From Candidatus Latescibacterota bacterium (GTDB taxonomy: Bacteria; Latescibacterota; UBA2968), in the NCBI GenBank assembly GCA_965204375.1, contig OZ241986.1, positions 480,001-544,000 on the forward strand: a stretch of DNA of 64,000 bases, in the 5' to 3' direction. The translations under genes and the position numbers were made by a program. How positions within the stretch are numbered: the first letter of the stretch is position 1; every line of letters begins with the position of its first letter. Shown here in pieces: positions 1 through 9,433 of the stretch. The notes under the pieces are model-generated. The model was given only the letters and a program-made list of their open reading frames with translations, made no database searches and was not told the origin of the DNA.

Positions 1-289
1 AACCGTATTCGGTAAGCGTGCGATTGGTTTCGGCACGCACTTGCGTCAGTTCAGCAGAGGGTACGGTCTGAATCAGCGGTCCTTGATAGGGCTTTTGATG
101 AGCAGCCATGGGCGGCGGATCATCTGTCATATAAATCACGGCTTGTTCCAGACCGAGAAACATGGCCCACATAGCGATGAAAGACAGAATGGCTACGGCT
201 ATGATTCCCGCAGTGGCAGCGAGAATTGGGCCAATGTTGAGATGATAGTCTTCGTAGCCCTTTTCGCGGGCATTGTGCTTTTCTGCCAT
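1..289 (-). CDS. ActG-like small membrane subunit of alternative complex III (runs off window edge)
   Basis: Not in the ORF track. Manual translation from ATG 289 gives MAEKHNAREKGYEDYHLNIGPILAATAGIIAVAILSFIAMWAMFLGLE...LTEYG, with one TM helix. It starts right after the actF stop, the usual actG position. Confidence 0.65.
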   Translation of the reverse strand, partial: MAEKHNAREKGYEDYHLNIGPILAATAGIIAVAILSFIAMWAMFLGLEQAVIYMTDDPPPMAAHQKPYQGPLIQTVPSAELTQVRAETNRTLTEYG

Positions 290-290
290 A

Positions 291-1484
291 TCAGTGACCT
301 TCTCCGGCAAAGGTTTCCGCCATGCGTGGATCGTGCAATGGCATCAGCGGCACACCTTTTAGCTGCATCGCAAAAAATCCCAACCACAAGCCGCCAATAC
401 TGACGAGGACCAGCGCATCCAGCAAAAAACCATACCATATACCGTCAGAACCACCGTGGGCAAAAGCCGGTGTAATAAAATAATAAAGATCGACATAGCG
501 CATAATCAACATAAAAATTGCGATAACCGTCATAAGCGCGGCACGGCGTTTGATTGCCCGCTGCAATAATAAAAAGAATGGCACGAAAAAGTGAAAAATA
601 ATCAACGCAGTTCCCACATATTGCCAACCGCCATGTGATCGGCGAATGTACCAGGGGGCTTCCTCGGCCAGGTTGCCAGACCACGTAATCAAAAACTGGG
701 AAAAACTCACATAAGCCCATAGACAAGTAAATGCAAACATCAGAGTGCCCAGGTCGCTCAAATATTTGAATGCATCAACTTCTCGATATACCTCGACATC
801 CTTTAATTTGATCACCCACAAGATGCACAGTGCCATGGCACCCAATGCGCCGCCCACCACAAAAATTAAGCCGTAGATCGTCGAAAACCAGTGCGGTTCC
901 AAAGACATGACCCAATCGGTTGCAGCAAATGTAACGGTCAAGATAAACATGGGAATCCCGGGGCCGCTCAGGTTAATCATCCGCCTTTTTAGGCCCGGTT
1001 CGCCGGTTTCATCTTGCTCGCGCGACCATTTTGTCAGCAAAAACATCCAGAGTAGCCACAGGGCAAAATAAACGACTGCGCGAATATAAAATCCCGTCTC
1101 ATTCAAATACGGCTTCTTAAAGGTCAAAATTGGATCTTTGGCCACGACATCTGCATGTGTCCATTCGTACAAATGGTACATCCCCAGAAGCGCAATGGGA
1201 ATAAACAGGACAGCCATAAGCCACAGTGTGCGTGCACCCGACTCCAATAACCGCCGGATGACAAATCCCCACCGCCCGCTGACCAGATGGTGCAACATCA
1301 ACAATCCCAGACAGCCCAGAGAAATGACCAACCAGTAGATATAGCCAACGAGATACGATTGAAAAAATTGCTGAGAATCGGCAAAGGCACCAATAAATAG
1401 AAGCACTATACCACAGGCACCTGCCAGAAGGCCCCATTGCTGCACTTTATCTACAAACGGATGGTTGAAGGTTTCAGTAGCCAT
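291..1484 (-). CDS. actF: Alternative complex III subunit ActF (NrfD-like polytopic membrane protein)
   Basis: About 10 TM helices, DWVMSLEPHWFSTIYG and YVSFSQFLITWSGNL motifs, operon position. Confidence 0.9.
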   Translation of the reverse strand: MATETFNHPFVDKVQQWGLLAGACGIVLLFIGAFADSQQFFQSYLVGYIYWLVISLGCLGLLMLHHLVSGRWGFVIRRLLESGARTLWLMAVLFIPIALLGMYHLYEWTHADVVAKDPILTFKKPYLNETGFYIRAVVYFALWLLWMFLLTKWSREQDETGEPGLKRRMINLSGPGIPMFILTVTFAATDWVMSLEPHWFSTIYGLIFVVGGALGAMALCILWVIKLKDVEVYREVDAFKYLSDLGTLMFAFTCLWAYVSFSQFLITWSGNLAEEAPWYIRRSHGGWQYVGTALIIFHFFVPFFLLLQRAIKRRAALMTVIAIFMLIMRYVDLYYFITPAFAHGGSDGIWYGFLLDALVLVSIGGLWLGFFAMQLKGVPLMPLHDPRMAETFAGEGH

Positions 1485-1490
1485 AATATC

Positions 1491-2117
1491 CTACTCGTTT
1501 TCAAGCCGCTGACGCACATCGGCAGGGACATCGTCCAGCGTGGCGTTTTGGCTCAGTTGCAACGCCTGAATATAGGCTATAATAGCCCATCGATCTCGCG
1601 GTTTGATACGCGATGCATAGCTATACATTGCGCCAAAACCGTTGGTCATGACATCAAAAAAGTAACCCGGTGTTTCATTCTGCAGCCGTTCAATATGGTA
1701 TGATGGGGGTTGCTTCATGCCGCGGCGCACCACCATCCCACGCCCATCACCTTCATGTCCATGGCAGGGAGTACAGTAAATATTGTAGCGTTCTCTGCCA
1801 CGGAGAATCACATCGCGCGTAATGGGAAAGGGAAAAGTCTCCGCTGGTTTACCATCTACCATCCCGGTATATAAATGCGCGTCTGTACGCAAATGCCCGC
1901 GTGCAACCGTACCTTTTATCCATGGTCGAGAGGCCCGGTTATCCGCGAAAAAAGTATTTTTTTCCAGCGGTTCAAATCTCGACTGGTTGTACATTTCTTG
2001 CCGCAAACGCTCGATATCTGTCGTACCTTCACACCCCATTATCATAAAGAGTGCGAGTACCAGTCTCACGGGATGGGCAATTTTTACCCAATTAGCTAAT
2101 TTACGGTTCGACATCAT
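1491..2117 (-). CDS. actE: Alternative complex III monoheme cytochrome c ActE (probable lipoprotein)
   Basis: Single CxxCH (YCTPCHG), hydrophobic leader ending MGC, GTVARG and DRWAIIAYI motifs. Confidence 0.9.
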   Translation of the reverse strand: MMSNRKLANWVKIAHPVRLVLALFMIMGCEGTTDIERLRQEMYNQSRFEPLEKNTFFADNRASRPWIKGTVARGHLRTDAHLYTGMVDGKPAETFPFPITRDVILRGRERYNIYCTPCHGHEGDGRGMVVRRGMKQPPSYHIERLQNETPGYFFDVMTNGFGAMYSYASRIKPRDRWAIIAYIQALQLSQNATLDDVPADVRQRLENE

Positions 2118-2634
2118 CTACCTTTTTTGCTTTCAGGCTTTCGAGAAATGCACGGGTTTCGGAAATATCAAATTTGGGATCTTCGGCTTCGATACACAAA
2201 AAGAATCCATCGCCAGAAGCGCGTTCAAAATTGGGGACATTGAAAACCGGGTGATAGGGACGCGGCAAACCATTGAGGATGAGCATGCCAATCAATGCAC
2301 CGAAAGCGGAAAATAGCACGCCGAGTTCAAATGTCACGGGAATAAAAGAGGGCCAGCTCAAAAGGGGCCGACCTCCGACATTGAGCGGATAGTCGATTAC
2401 AGATACCCAGTACTGAAGCCCAAAGCCGGAACAGGCACCGAGAAGCGCACAGATCAACACAATGATGGGCACGCGGTGCTTGTCATAACCCATTGATTCC
2501 GACAAATCGTGTATCGGCATTGGAGAATAAGCATCCATCTTGCGATACCCTTCTGCATATGAATCTTTCGCAGCTTTGAGCAATTCGTCGGGACCATCAA
2601 ATTCGGCCAAAAGACCGTATAATTTTTCAGCCAT
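2101..2634 (-). CDS. actD: Alternative complex III subunit ActD (DUF3341)
   Basis: LLAEF...MDAYSPMPIH and DYPLNVGGRPLLSWPSFIPVTFEL motifs, two TMs. Alternative GTG start at 2640. Confidence 0.9.
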   Translation of the reverse strand: MAEKLYGLLAEFDGPDELLKAAKDSYAEGYRKMDAYSPMPIHDLSESMGYDKHRVPIIVLICALLGACSGFGLQYWVSVIDYPLNVGGRPLLSWPSFIPVTFELGVLFSAFGALIGMLILNGLPRPYHPVFNVPNFERASGDGFFLCIEAEDPKFDISETRAFLESLKAKKVDDVEP

Positions 2635-2646
2635 AATCACACCCGT

Positions 2647-4047
2647 TTAATCATCGGCAGAAGCCGTTTCCGCATGTTCTCCATGGCTTTTGTTTGCCAC
2701 CAACTGGCGGATTTCAAAAATGTTAATGACGGGCATCACCCGAATAAACAGGATCATCATAAAGAGGAAAAATCCAATTGTGCCTGCGTACAATCCCCAG
2801 TCCCACGGCGTTGAGTGATACATGTCCCAGGACGAAGGCATAAAGTCGCGGTGGAGACTGGTCACCACAATGATAAATCGCTCGAGCCACATCCCGACAT
2901 TGATGAACATCGAAATGATGAACAGCCATAGCGGACTCAGGCGCACCTTTTTAATCCACAACAATTGGGGAATAGCTACATTGCACAAGATCAGTGACCA
3001 GTAAGTACCGGAATAAGGGCCAAATGTGCGATTCTGCATCATATAGCCTTCGTAAGGGCTGGCACTATACCAGGCAAAAAACTGCTCCATCGCATAGCCA
3101 TAAGCCACAATGAGTCCGGTGGCGAGCATCACCTTGCCCATATTATTCAGATGGCGGTCAGTGATATAATCGTGCAATCCGTAAAAGTAGCGAATGGGTA
3201 GCCCCAGCGTCAGCACCATTGCAAAACCGGCATATACGGCACCCGCCACAAAATAGGGTGGGAAGATGGTTGCATGCCAGCCGGGAATCAGGCCTACGGA
3301 AAAGTCCAAACTCACGATGGAGTGTACGGACAGCACCAGCGGCGTCGATACACCCGCCAAAAGAAGCGAGGCCATTTCATAGTTAAACCAGTGCTTGGCG
3401 GATCCGCGCCATCCCATTGACAACACGCCGTATATGATCTGTGAAATTTTGTGTTTGGCCTTGTCGCGCAGGGTGGCAAAATCGGGGATCAGGCCCAGAT
3501 ACCAGAAGATCAGGGATACTGTAAAGTAGGTGCCAACGGCAAATACGTCCCATATCAACGGACTGCGGAACTGCGGCCACACAGACATTGTATTGGGATA
3601 GGGCAACAGCCAGTAAGCCGCCACCCAGGGACGCCCCGTGTGCAACAGTGGAAACATACCTGCGCACATGACGGCAAAAATGGTCATGGCTTCGGCAAAT
3701 CGGTTGATCGAATTGCGCCATTGCTGACGCATGAGCAACAAAATAGCGGAAATCAATGTGCCCGCATGTCCAATACCGATCCACCAGACAAAGTTGATAA
3801 TTGCCCAGCCCCAGCCAACGGGAATATTTAAGCCCCAGATGCCAGTCCCTTTGATCAGTAGCCAGGTCGCAGACAACATCAACAACTGCAGGATACCGCC
3901 TGCAATCAACATCGCTGCAATCCATCCCAAAGGCGTGCGGCTGGTGATGATCGCACTGAGTTTCTGCGTTACCGTTGTATAGGTTTGCCCCGGACCGAGC
4001 ACCGGCGCTGGCATCGTCGGGTCGTTTATAGGTGCAGGACTACCCAT
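2647..4047 (-). CDS. actC: Alternative complex III quinol-binding subunit ActC (NrfD/PsrC family)
   Basis: INFVWWIGIGHAGTLISAIL, WRNSINRFAEAMT, GWHATIFPPYFVAGA motifs. Confidence 0.93.
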   Translation of the reverse strand: MGSPAPINDPTMPAPVLGPGQTYTTVTQKLSAIITSRTPLGWIAAMLIAGGILQLLMLSATWLLIKGTGIWGLNIPVGWGWAIINFVWWIGIGHAGTLISAILLLMRQQWRNSINRFAEAMTIFAVMCAGMFPLLHTGRPWVAAYWLLPYPNTMSVWPQFRSPLIWDVFAVGTYFTVSLIFWYLGLIPDFATLRDKAKHKISQIIYGVLSMGWRGSAKHWFNYEMASLLLAGVSTPLVLSVHSIVSLDFSVGLIPGWHATIFPPYFVAGAVYAGFAMVLTLGLPIRYFYGLHDYITDRHLNNMGKVMLATGLIVAYGYAMEQFFAWYSASPYEGYMMQNRTFGPYSGTYWSLILCNVAIPQLLWIKKVRLSPLWLFIISMFINVGMWLERFIIVVTSLHRDFMPSSWDMYHSTPWDWGLYAGTIGFFLFMMILFIRVMPVINIFEIRQLVANKSHGEHAETASADD

Positions 4048-7036
4048 GCTGTGAAATCTCCGGATTGGGATTGGTCAACCGCGCGAGATACGTGGTGCGC
4101 GGTTTGGTATTTAACTCTGTCAAAATGCCGTAATTTCGCTGTTGAACTTTGAGTTTGGCAACGCGGCTATTGGGATCTTTGATATCGCCGAATACGATGG
4201 CATCTGCAGGACACGCACCCTGACAGGCGGTTGTAATATCGCCTTCTCTCAATTCGCGATCCTCGATCTTTGCCTCAATTCGCGCAGCACTAATGCGCTG
4301 CACACAATAGGTGCATTTTTCCATCACGCCGCGACCGCGTACTGTCACATTGGGATTGCGCTGCAATTTGAAACTCGGTGTTTCTTCATCGGCATAGTGG
4401 AGGAAATTGAAGCGCCGTACCTTATAGGGACAGTTATTTGAACAATACCTCGTGCCCACACAGCGATTATAGGCCATATCGTTCAAACCCTCGGCACTGT
4501 GTACGGTCGCGCCAACGGGACAGACCAGTTCACAGGGGGCATTCTCGCATTGCATACAGGGTACGGGCTGGTTATAAATTTCGGGATTGTCCAGATCGCC
4601 CTTGTAGTAGCGGTCGATGCGAATCCAGTGCATTTCGCGTCCGTTGAGCACTTCATCTTTGCCTACCACCGGGATATTATTTTCCGACTGACAGGCGACT
4701 GTACAGGCATTGCAGCCATTGCATGAATTCAGGTCAATTGCCATGCCCCAGGCTATGCCGTCATTGTCGTGAATGCCATCAAAAAAGTTTGCATCGGGAC
4801 CGGGATCGTGTCCCATTTCGTGTACAAAATGCGGATGTTTTTCGTATTCATCAACTGTACCAGATCGCACCAGCGCGCGGCCTTCCATGCTGTGGTGATC
4901 CTGTGTGCAGGCCAGGGGATACGTCTGTCCCGTTTTTGTCATTGACGCGCCCGATGCAACCCACGGTGAATCAGATGTCTGAAGTGCGTAAGCATTAAAG
5001 CCAACGCCATTACCCACGCGCCCGGCAGCCGTGCGTCCAAAGCCGAGATGTACGGTAACGGCATTTGCGGGATGTCCGGGTGCGATCCAAACAGGTGCTT
5101 CCACAGAGCGATCATTCGCGCTCAACATAACCACATCGCCATTTTGAAGCCCCATCGCCTCGGCAGTTGCCGGGGCGATCAAAGCCGCATTATCCCAGGT
5201 GAGTCGCGTATGGGGTTTGGGCAATTCCTGCAACCAGCCATTGTTGGCATATCGTCCATCGCCAATTGTGGGATCCAGGCGGAAGTTCACTTCGAGACCC
5301 TCACTCGACTGCGAGGGCGTGCCGTAATTTTCGGTCAAGCTCACAGAACGCTCGGGCAAAGCCGTATCGGGAACCAGTCCGTCGTGCAACCATGTCTGCC
5401 AGGCTGTTTCAAAATCGCTGTCTTTGTACTGTTCACCCCAATATTCTTTGACCCGATCGTAATCCGCGCGTCCATCTCCCAGCATCATAGCCACCAGTTC
5501 AGCGGCGGACTTGCCACCGTAGAGCGGCTCAATCAACGGCTGGACAATAGACACGGTGCCATCAAAAGCGCGCGTATCGCCCCAGGCTTCTAATGCGTGT
5601 GCTTCGGGCAAGTGCCAGTGAGACAATCGCGCGGTTTCATTTTGAGATTGGTCCAGGTGAATGCGCGTTGTCACTTCCTGGTAAGCGGCGGCAAAATTGA
5701 GGTCTGCCGGTGCGTTGTAAACGGGATTGCCACCCAAAACCACCAGCAGTGAAACTCTGCCCTCTGACATATCGACGGTTAAATCTTTGAGGGAAGCGTA
5801 TTGATTGGTAGGCTCGGCTTCTACTGGATCTGTGTATGTCACGGTATTACCCACATTGCCCAACGCATCGTTGATGGCGTGTGCGAGTGCGTGAATAGCT
5901 GGTGGTTGATGATCGCCTGCAATCACCAGCGAGGTGCCGCGATGTGCTGCCAAATCTTTGACCAGTGCATTGAGCCATGTATCGTGTCCGGCACTATTGC
6001 CACCCATCGCGTTTATCCCCAATGCAGTAGCCACCGCTCGGGCAAATCCCTCGATCTGGCTGGCTTTCAATGGCAGACGATGATCGGCAAAAGCCCCCGT
6101 ATTGGAGGGGGTAGATTCAACGACGTAGAGCCGATTCATATCGGCCTTTTGGCCGTCGATAACCTTGCGACCGAGGGCAACGTGACGAGCGTGTCGAACA
6201 CTTGCCGCACCGCTTTCCATAAAATCGCCGTCCAAAGACAAGATGCGTTTGGCTTTTTCGAAATGATACTGCGTTTCGACCACTTCGCCAAAAGCCATTC
6301 TGGCACCTTCATGCACGTTGTCGCGCGCACCAGGCTCAAATTGATGCCACCTTGCGTTGGGATATTTTTCCAATAGCGCACGGATCTGGCTGACCAGGAC
6401 TGGCGAGGTCACTGTTTCTGTCAACAAACGCAATCCCTGCCCCTGATCCAAATCGAGTTTTGCCACTTCGGTAGCAAGGGTAGCAGAAAATCTCGTCCAT
6501 GTACTCGCGCGCCCGTTTGTTATGGGTACCTGCGTGCGGTCCGGGTCGTAGAGATCGAGTATTTGAGCCTGTGTAATTGCATCTGTGGGTCCAAAAGTCG
6601 CATTGCCTGGTCGGGGCGTTGCGGGATGTGCGGGATTGCCCTCTATTTTGGTTGGACGCCCCGCATGGCTTTCGACCAATACACCCCGGGCGAATCCGCC
6701 TTGAGAGAGAGCCGAAGCAAAGAATAGGGGTTTACCGGGTACGATCTGCTCGGGCGCACGTATATAGGGGACGATTCTTTCCGGCGGTTGGCGCGTACAC
6801 GATGTCAAACCGGCAAATGCCAGAGACGCGCCCATCACCTGTAGAAATTTGCGGCGACCGACTTTGTCGCTCCATTCGGAAGCCCCTTCGGGAAATTCGC
6901 GGTGCAAATAGTCGCGAAATTCTTCCGTATCGGCCAATTCATTCAGGCTGCGCCAATAATCCTGCCCCTCGCGCGTAGATAGGCGTTCGCGAATCGCAGA
7001 GAGGTCCAAACCGTCTTTATGTGCTGTGCGTGTCAT
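4040..7036 (-). CDS. actB: Alternative complex III subunit ActB (Tat-exported molybdopterin-oxidoreductase-like domain fused to Fe-S domain)
   Basis: YWRSLNEL...REFP...RRKFL Tat-variant leader. C-terminal CxxCxxC clusters (CNGCNAC, CMQCENAPC, CVGTRYC, CTYC). ATG 7036 overlaps the actA stop (ATGA). Confidence 0.92.
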   Translation of the reverse strand: MTRTAHKDGLDLSAIRERLSTREGQDYWRSLNELADTEEFRDYLHREFPEGASEWSDKVGRRKFLQVMGASLAFAGLTSCTRQPPERIVPYIRAPEQIVPGKPLFFASALSQGGFARGVLVESHAGRPTKIEGNPAHPATPRPGNATFGPTDAITQAQILDLYDPDRTQVPITNGRASTWTRFSATLATEVAKLDLDQGQGLRLLTETVTSPVLVSQIRALLEKYPNARWHQFEPGARDNVHEGARMAFGEVVETQYHFEKAKRILSLDGDFMESGAASVRHARHVALGRKVIDGQKADMNRLYVVESTPSNTGAFADHRLPLKASQIEGFARAVATALGINAMGGNSAGHDTWLNALVKDLAAHRGTSLVIAGDHQPPAIHALAHAINDALGNVGNTVTYTDPVEAEPTNQYASLKDLTVDMSEGRVSLLVVLGGNPVYNAPADLNFAAAYQEVTTRIHLDQSQNETARLSHWHLPEAHALEAWGDTRAFDGTVSIVQPLIEPLYGGKSAAELVAMMLGDGRADYDRVKEYWGEQYKDSDFETAWQTWLHDGLVPDTALPERSVSLTENYGTPSQSSEGLEVNFRLDPTIGDGRYANNGWLQELPKPHTRLTWDNAALIAPATAEAMGLQNGDVVMLSANDRSVEAPVWIAPGHPANAVTVHLGFGRTAAGRVGNGVGFNAYALQTSDSPWVASGASMTKTGQTYPLACTQDHHSMEGRALVRSGTVDEYEKHPHFVHEMGHDPGPDANFFDGIHDNDGIAWGMAIDLNSCNGCNACTVACQSENNIPVVGKDEVLNGREMHWIRIDRYYKGDLDNPEIYNQPVPCMQCENAPCELVCPVGATVHSAEGLNDMAYNRCVGTRYCSNNCPYKVRRFNFLHYADEETPSFKLQRNPNVTVRGRGVMEKCTYCVQRISAARIEAKIEDRELREGDITTACQGACPADAIVFGDIKDPNSRVAKLKVQQRNYGILTELNTKPRTTYLARLTNPNPEISQHG

Positions 7037-7701
7037 CGATGACATGTCGAGCAATCCGTGGAAGGGTTAATATCGTAGTCTTGAACCAGTTGTGCGCCCA
7101 GCACGGCTTGAGAGACCGCATGTCCGCGTTCATCCATTGGTTTCCAGACCATATTGAAAACTTCTTCGCGGGGACGCACATATTTCTCGGGTGCCCGGTG
7201 ACATTCCAGACACCATTCCATATTGAGGGTGTTCACTTTCCACATCAGCGGCATTTGATCGACCTGACCGTGACAGGTTTGACATCCGATGCCTTTGTGG
7301 ACGTGAATACTGTGATTGAAATAGACAAAGTCGGGGAGATCGTGTACGCGAATCCACTCTATGGGATTACCCGTGCGATAGCTTTCGCGGATGGGTTCGA
7401 GAAGGGGGCTTTCCGTCCATACTTGAGAATGGCAGGTCATGCAGGTTTCAACAGGGGGGATATTGGCAAATGAAGATTCTTCTACAGAGGTGTGACAATA
7501 GCGACAATCAATGCCCACACCGGTCACATGGTGTTTGTGACTGAAGGGCACGGGCTGTTTTTTTGCGACCAGGACATCGGATGTGTAGTGCAATCGGTTG
7601 GTGTTGAGTAGAATGGTGAGGCCCGTTCCAACAACAACCAGAACCACGACAATACTGATTCTGGCAAACGCGTTACTGCCACGCGGAAAAAGCTGCGCCA
7701 T
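7033..7701 (-). CDS. actA: Alternative complex III pentaheme cytochrome c ActA
   Basis: N-terminal TM and five CxxCH motifs (CRYCH, CMTCH, CQTCH, CLECH, CSTCH); QPVPFSHKHH. Confidence 0.93.
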   Translation of the reverse strand: MAQLFPRGSNAFARISIVVVLVVVGTGLTILLNTNRLHYTSDVLVAKKQPVPFSHKHHVTGVGIDCRYCHTSVEESSFANIPPVETCMTCHSQVWTESPLLEPIRESYRTGNPIEWIRVHDLPDFVYFNHSIHVHKGIGCQTCHGQVDQMPLMWKVNTLNMEWCLECHRAPEKYVRPREEVFNMVWKPMDERGHAVSQAVLGAQLVQDYDINPSTDCSTCHR

Positions 7702-7762
7702 TTATGAATCCTGTGAAGTGAGATGAGACAAAATGAGATCAGGTCGAACCTACGAAGGGCTT

Positions 7763-7790
7763 AATATACACGAATCCACATGCGAGTCAA
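7763..7790 (-). promoter_or_regulatory. Putative sigma70-type promoter of the act operon
   Basis: Minus strand TTGACT-16 nt-TATATT, about 60 nt upstream of actA. Confidence 0.5.
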
Positions 7791-7857
7791 GTAATAAGTT
7801 TTGCTCATATAAACTGTACATTATTATCTACTTTGTTTGGCATACAATACACACATT

Positions 7858-8952
7858 TTAATTGCGACTGTCCGCTGTAGGCAGTTCGGCAATGTACTGG
7901 TAATTGGGGTCACGCGCCTGTCTGTCCAGGATCTCGGCAATTTGTTTCCACGTTTCGCGCAAGCCCCGGGTGCAGTGGGGCATTTCGTGTTTGATCAGCC
8001 TGTGTAGCCGACCGAGTTTGTAGCACGGAACCGCAGCGTACATGTGGTGCTCGGTGTGGTAGTTCATATGCCAGTAGAGAAATTGGAGCAGGGGATTGAG
8101 GTAGATCGTGCGGCAGCAGAGGCGAAAATCCGGTACTTTGTCCTGCAGCCCAACGTGCTGTGCGGAGTTGCAAAGGGATTGCAACCACGATCCAAACATT
8201 TTGGGAAATGTGATGACCAGTGGGACAATCCAGTATCCATATGCCAGAGATATACCAGCGATCGAGAGGTGGCCGATGAGCAAGGTGCGCTCCCATCTGG
8301 TGTAGGCGCGACACCGCTCTGGATCGCTTTCGGGAAAGAGCATTCCAATCCAGGAATTTTTCCTGTTGATATAGCCGGTAAAGTTGCGAAACCTCTCTTT
8401 GAGCAATGTGTAGGGATACTTGTGGTTTACAATGGATCGCTTCCACAGACCTTTGAGGTCGATTTTTTGAGGAAGTACGACTTCCTGATCGTCGGGTGCG
8501 TGCAAGGTGTATTTGTGGTGCTCGGTATGGCTGGCCCAGAATAGATGGTGGTTGTGCCAGCCGAGGAAGGATAAAATGCGGAGGAAGAAGCGATTGAGCC
8601 ATCGGGTCTTGAAGACCGAATCGTGTACCAGTTCGTGAAAGCCGTTGACCAGAAAATGCCAGAAGTGTCCGTTTATGAAGACCAGTAGCGCGGTGATATA
8701 CCAGGGCCAGTGGCGCGATGAGTAAATGGCCGCTCCCGCAGCAACAGTTAACACACCCAGGAAACCGAGTGTCTGAGCAAAGCCGAGGAAATCACTTCGC
8801 TTATTGAGTTCGCGCAATGTCTCTCGGGGAACGCGGCAACGGTACCATTTGATGCGCGTCTTCTTGGGCGGTTTATTGTATTTTGGACCTTCCGTGAACA
8901 CGTCTCGATCAGAGGGCGTGTCCTGGTCAATGTTTTCGGTTTGTGTGTTCAA
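7858..8952 (-). CDS. Fatty acid desaturase-family membrane di-iron enzyme
   Basis: Three His boxes HELVH, HTEHH, HTEHH plus the VPCYKL motif. TTG start uncertain. Confidence 0.8.
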   Translation of the reverse strand: MNTQTENIDQDTPSDRDVFTEGPKYNKPPKKTRIKWYRCRVPRETLRELNKRSDFLGFAQTLGFLGVLTVAAGAAIYSSRHWPWYITALLVFINGHFWHFLVNGFHELVHDSVFKTRWLNRFFLRILSFLGWHNHHLFWASHTEHHKYTLHAPDDQEVVLPQKIDLKGLWKRSIVNHKYPYTLLKERFRNFTGYINRKNSWIGMLFPESDPERCRAYTRWERTLLIGHLSIAGISLAYGYWIVPLVITFPKMFGSWLQSLCNSAQHVGLQDKVPDFRLCCRTIYLNPLLQFLYWHMNYHTEHHMYAAVPCYKLGRLHRLIKHEMPHCTRGLRETWKQIAEILDRQARDPNYQYIAELPTADSRN

Positions 8953-8988
8953 GGTTTATGATCTGCCTTAAGCTATCGAATGTAAGAC

Positions 8989-9021
8989 TCATGGAAGATT
9001 ATACCTTCGTATCAGTTGCAT
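8989..9021 (-). pseudogene. Possible 5' remnant (MQLIRRYNLP*) of a downstream partner gene, possibly a retropepsin-like aspartyl protease
   Basis: ATG overlaps the 3' end of the 93-aa gene and the frame stops after 10 codons. Resemblance to partner N-termini is from recall only. Confidence 0.3.
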
Positions 9022-9280
9022 GCAGAGCACGAATTCCCAACCATTGTCTTACTTGAATATCAAGTGAATCACGACTGGTATGGAAAAAATAAAATTCCCG
9101 TTCGGGATATTGCTGGTGAAGGGTCTGATACCGTTTCATAGCCGTTTTGCCATCAGGGCATTCCTCAACAACTGTTAGACGATTGAGATGCCGTCGATAA
9201 TCAGAGGTTGTATGGGCTTCTAATGCCTCTAAAACCAGCCATTTATTGGGATGACTTTTGCATATCTCAGACCAGCGCAT
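8999..9280 (-). CDS. Conserved small hypothetical protein (DUF5678-like, HPNKWLVLE motif)
   Basis: 93-aa ORF with GAGGA RBS and an upstream promoter. Confidence 0.65.
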   Translation of the reverse strand: MRWSEICKSHPNKWLVLEALEAHTTSDYRRHLNRLTVVEECPDGKTAMKRYQTLHQQYPEREFYFFHTSRDSLDIQVRQWLGIRALHATDTKV

Positions 9281-9363
9281 ATAACATATTCCTCTACATC
9301 AAGAGTTTTTTGAATTTTGTTTGGCACGCAGGCGGTCCGAACATTAAAATCTCATCAGTGATC

Positions 9364-9391
9364 AAGATACGCGAATCCTCTTGCGCGTCAA
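9364..9391 (-). promoter_or_regulatory. Putative sigma70-type promoter; near copy of the act promoter
   Basis: TTGACG-16 nt-TATCTT, 23/28 identical to 7763-7790. Confidence 0.5.
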
Positions 9392-9433
9392 GCGCGTTTT
9401 GTGAGTCATTTCTGTAATGTGTACCTGATTTAC

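Noticed and set aside
9300-9362. CTGATGAG on the minus strand suggesting a hammerhead ribozyme
   Set aside because: No stem II followed by GAAA and no closing stems found.
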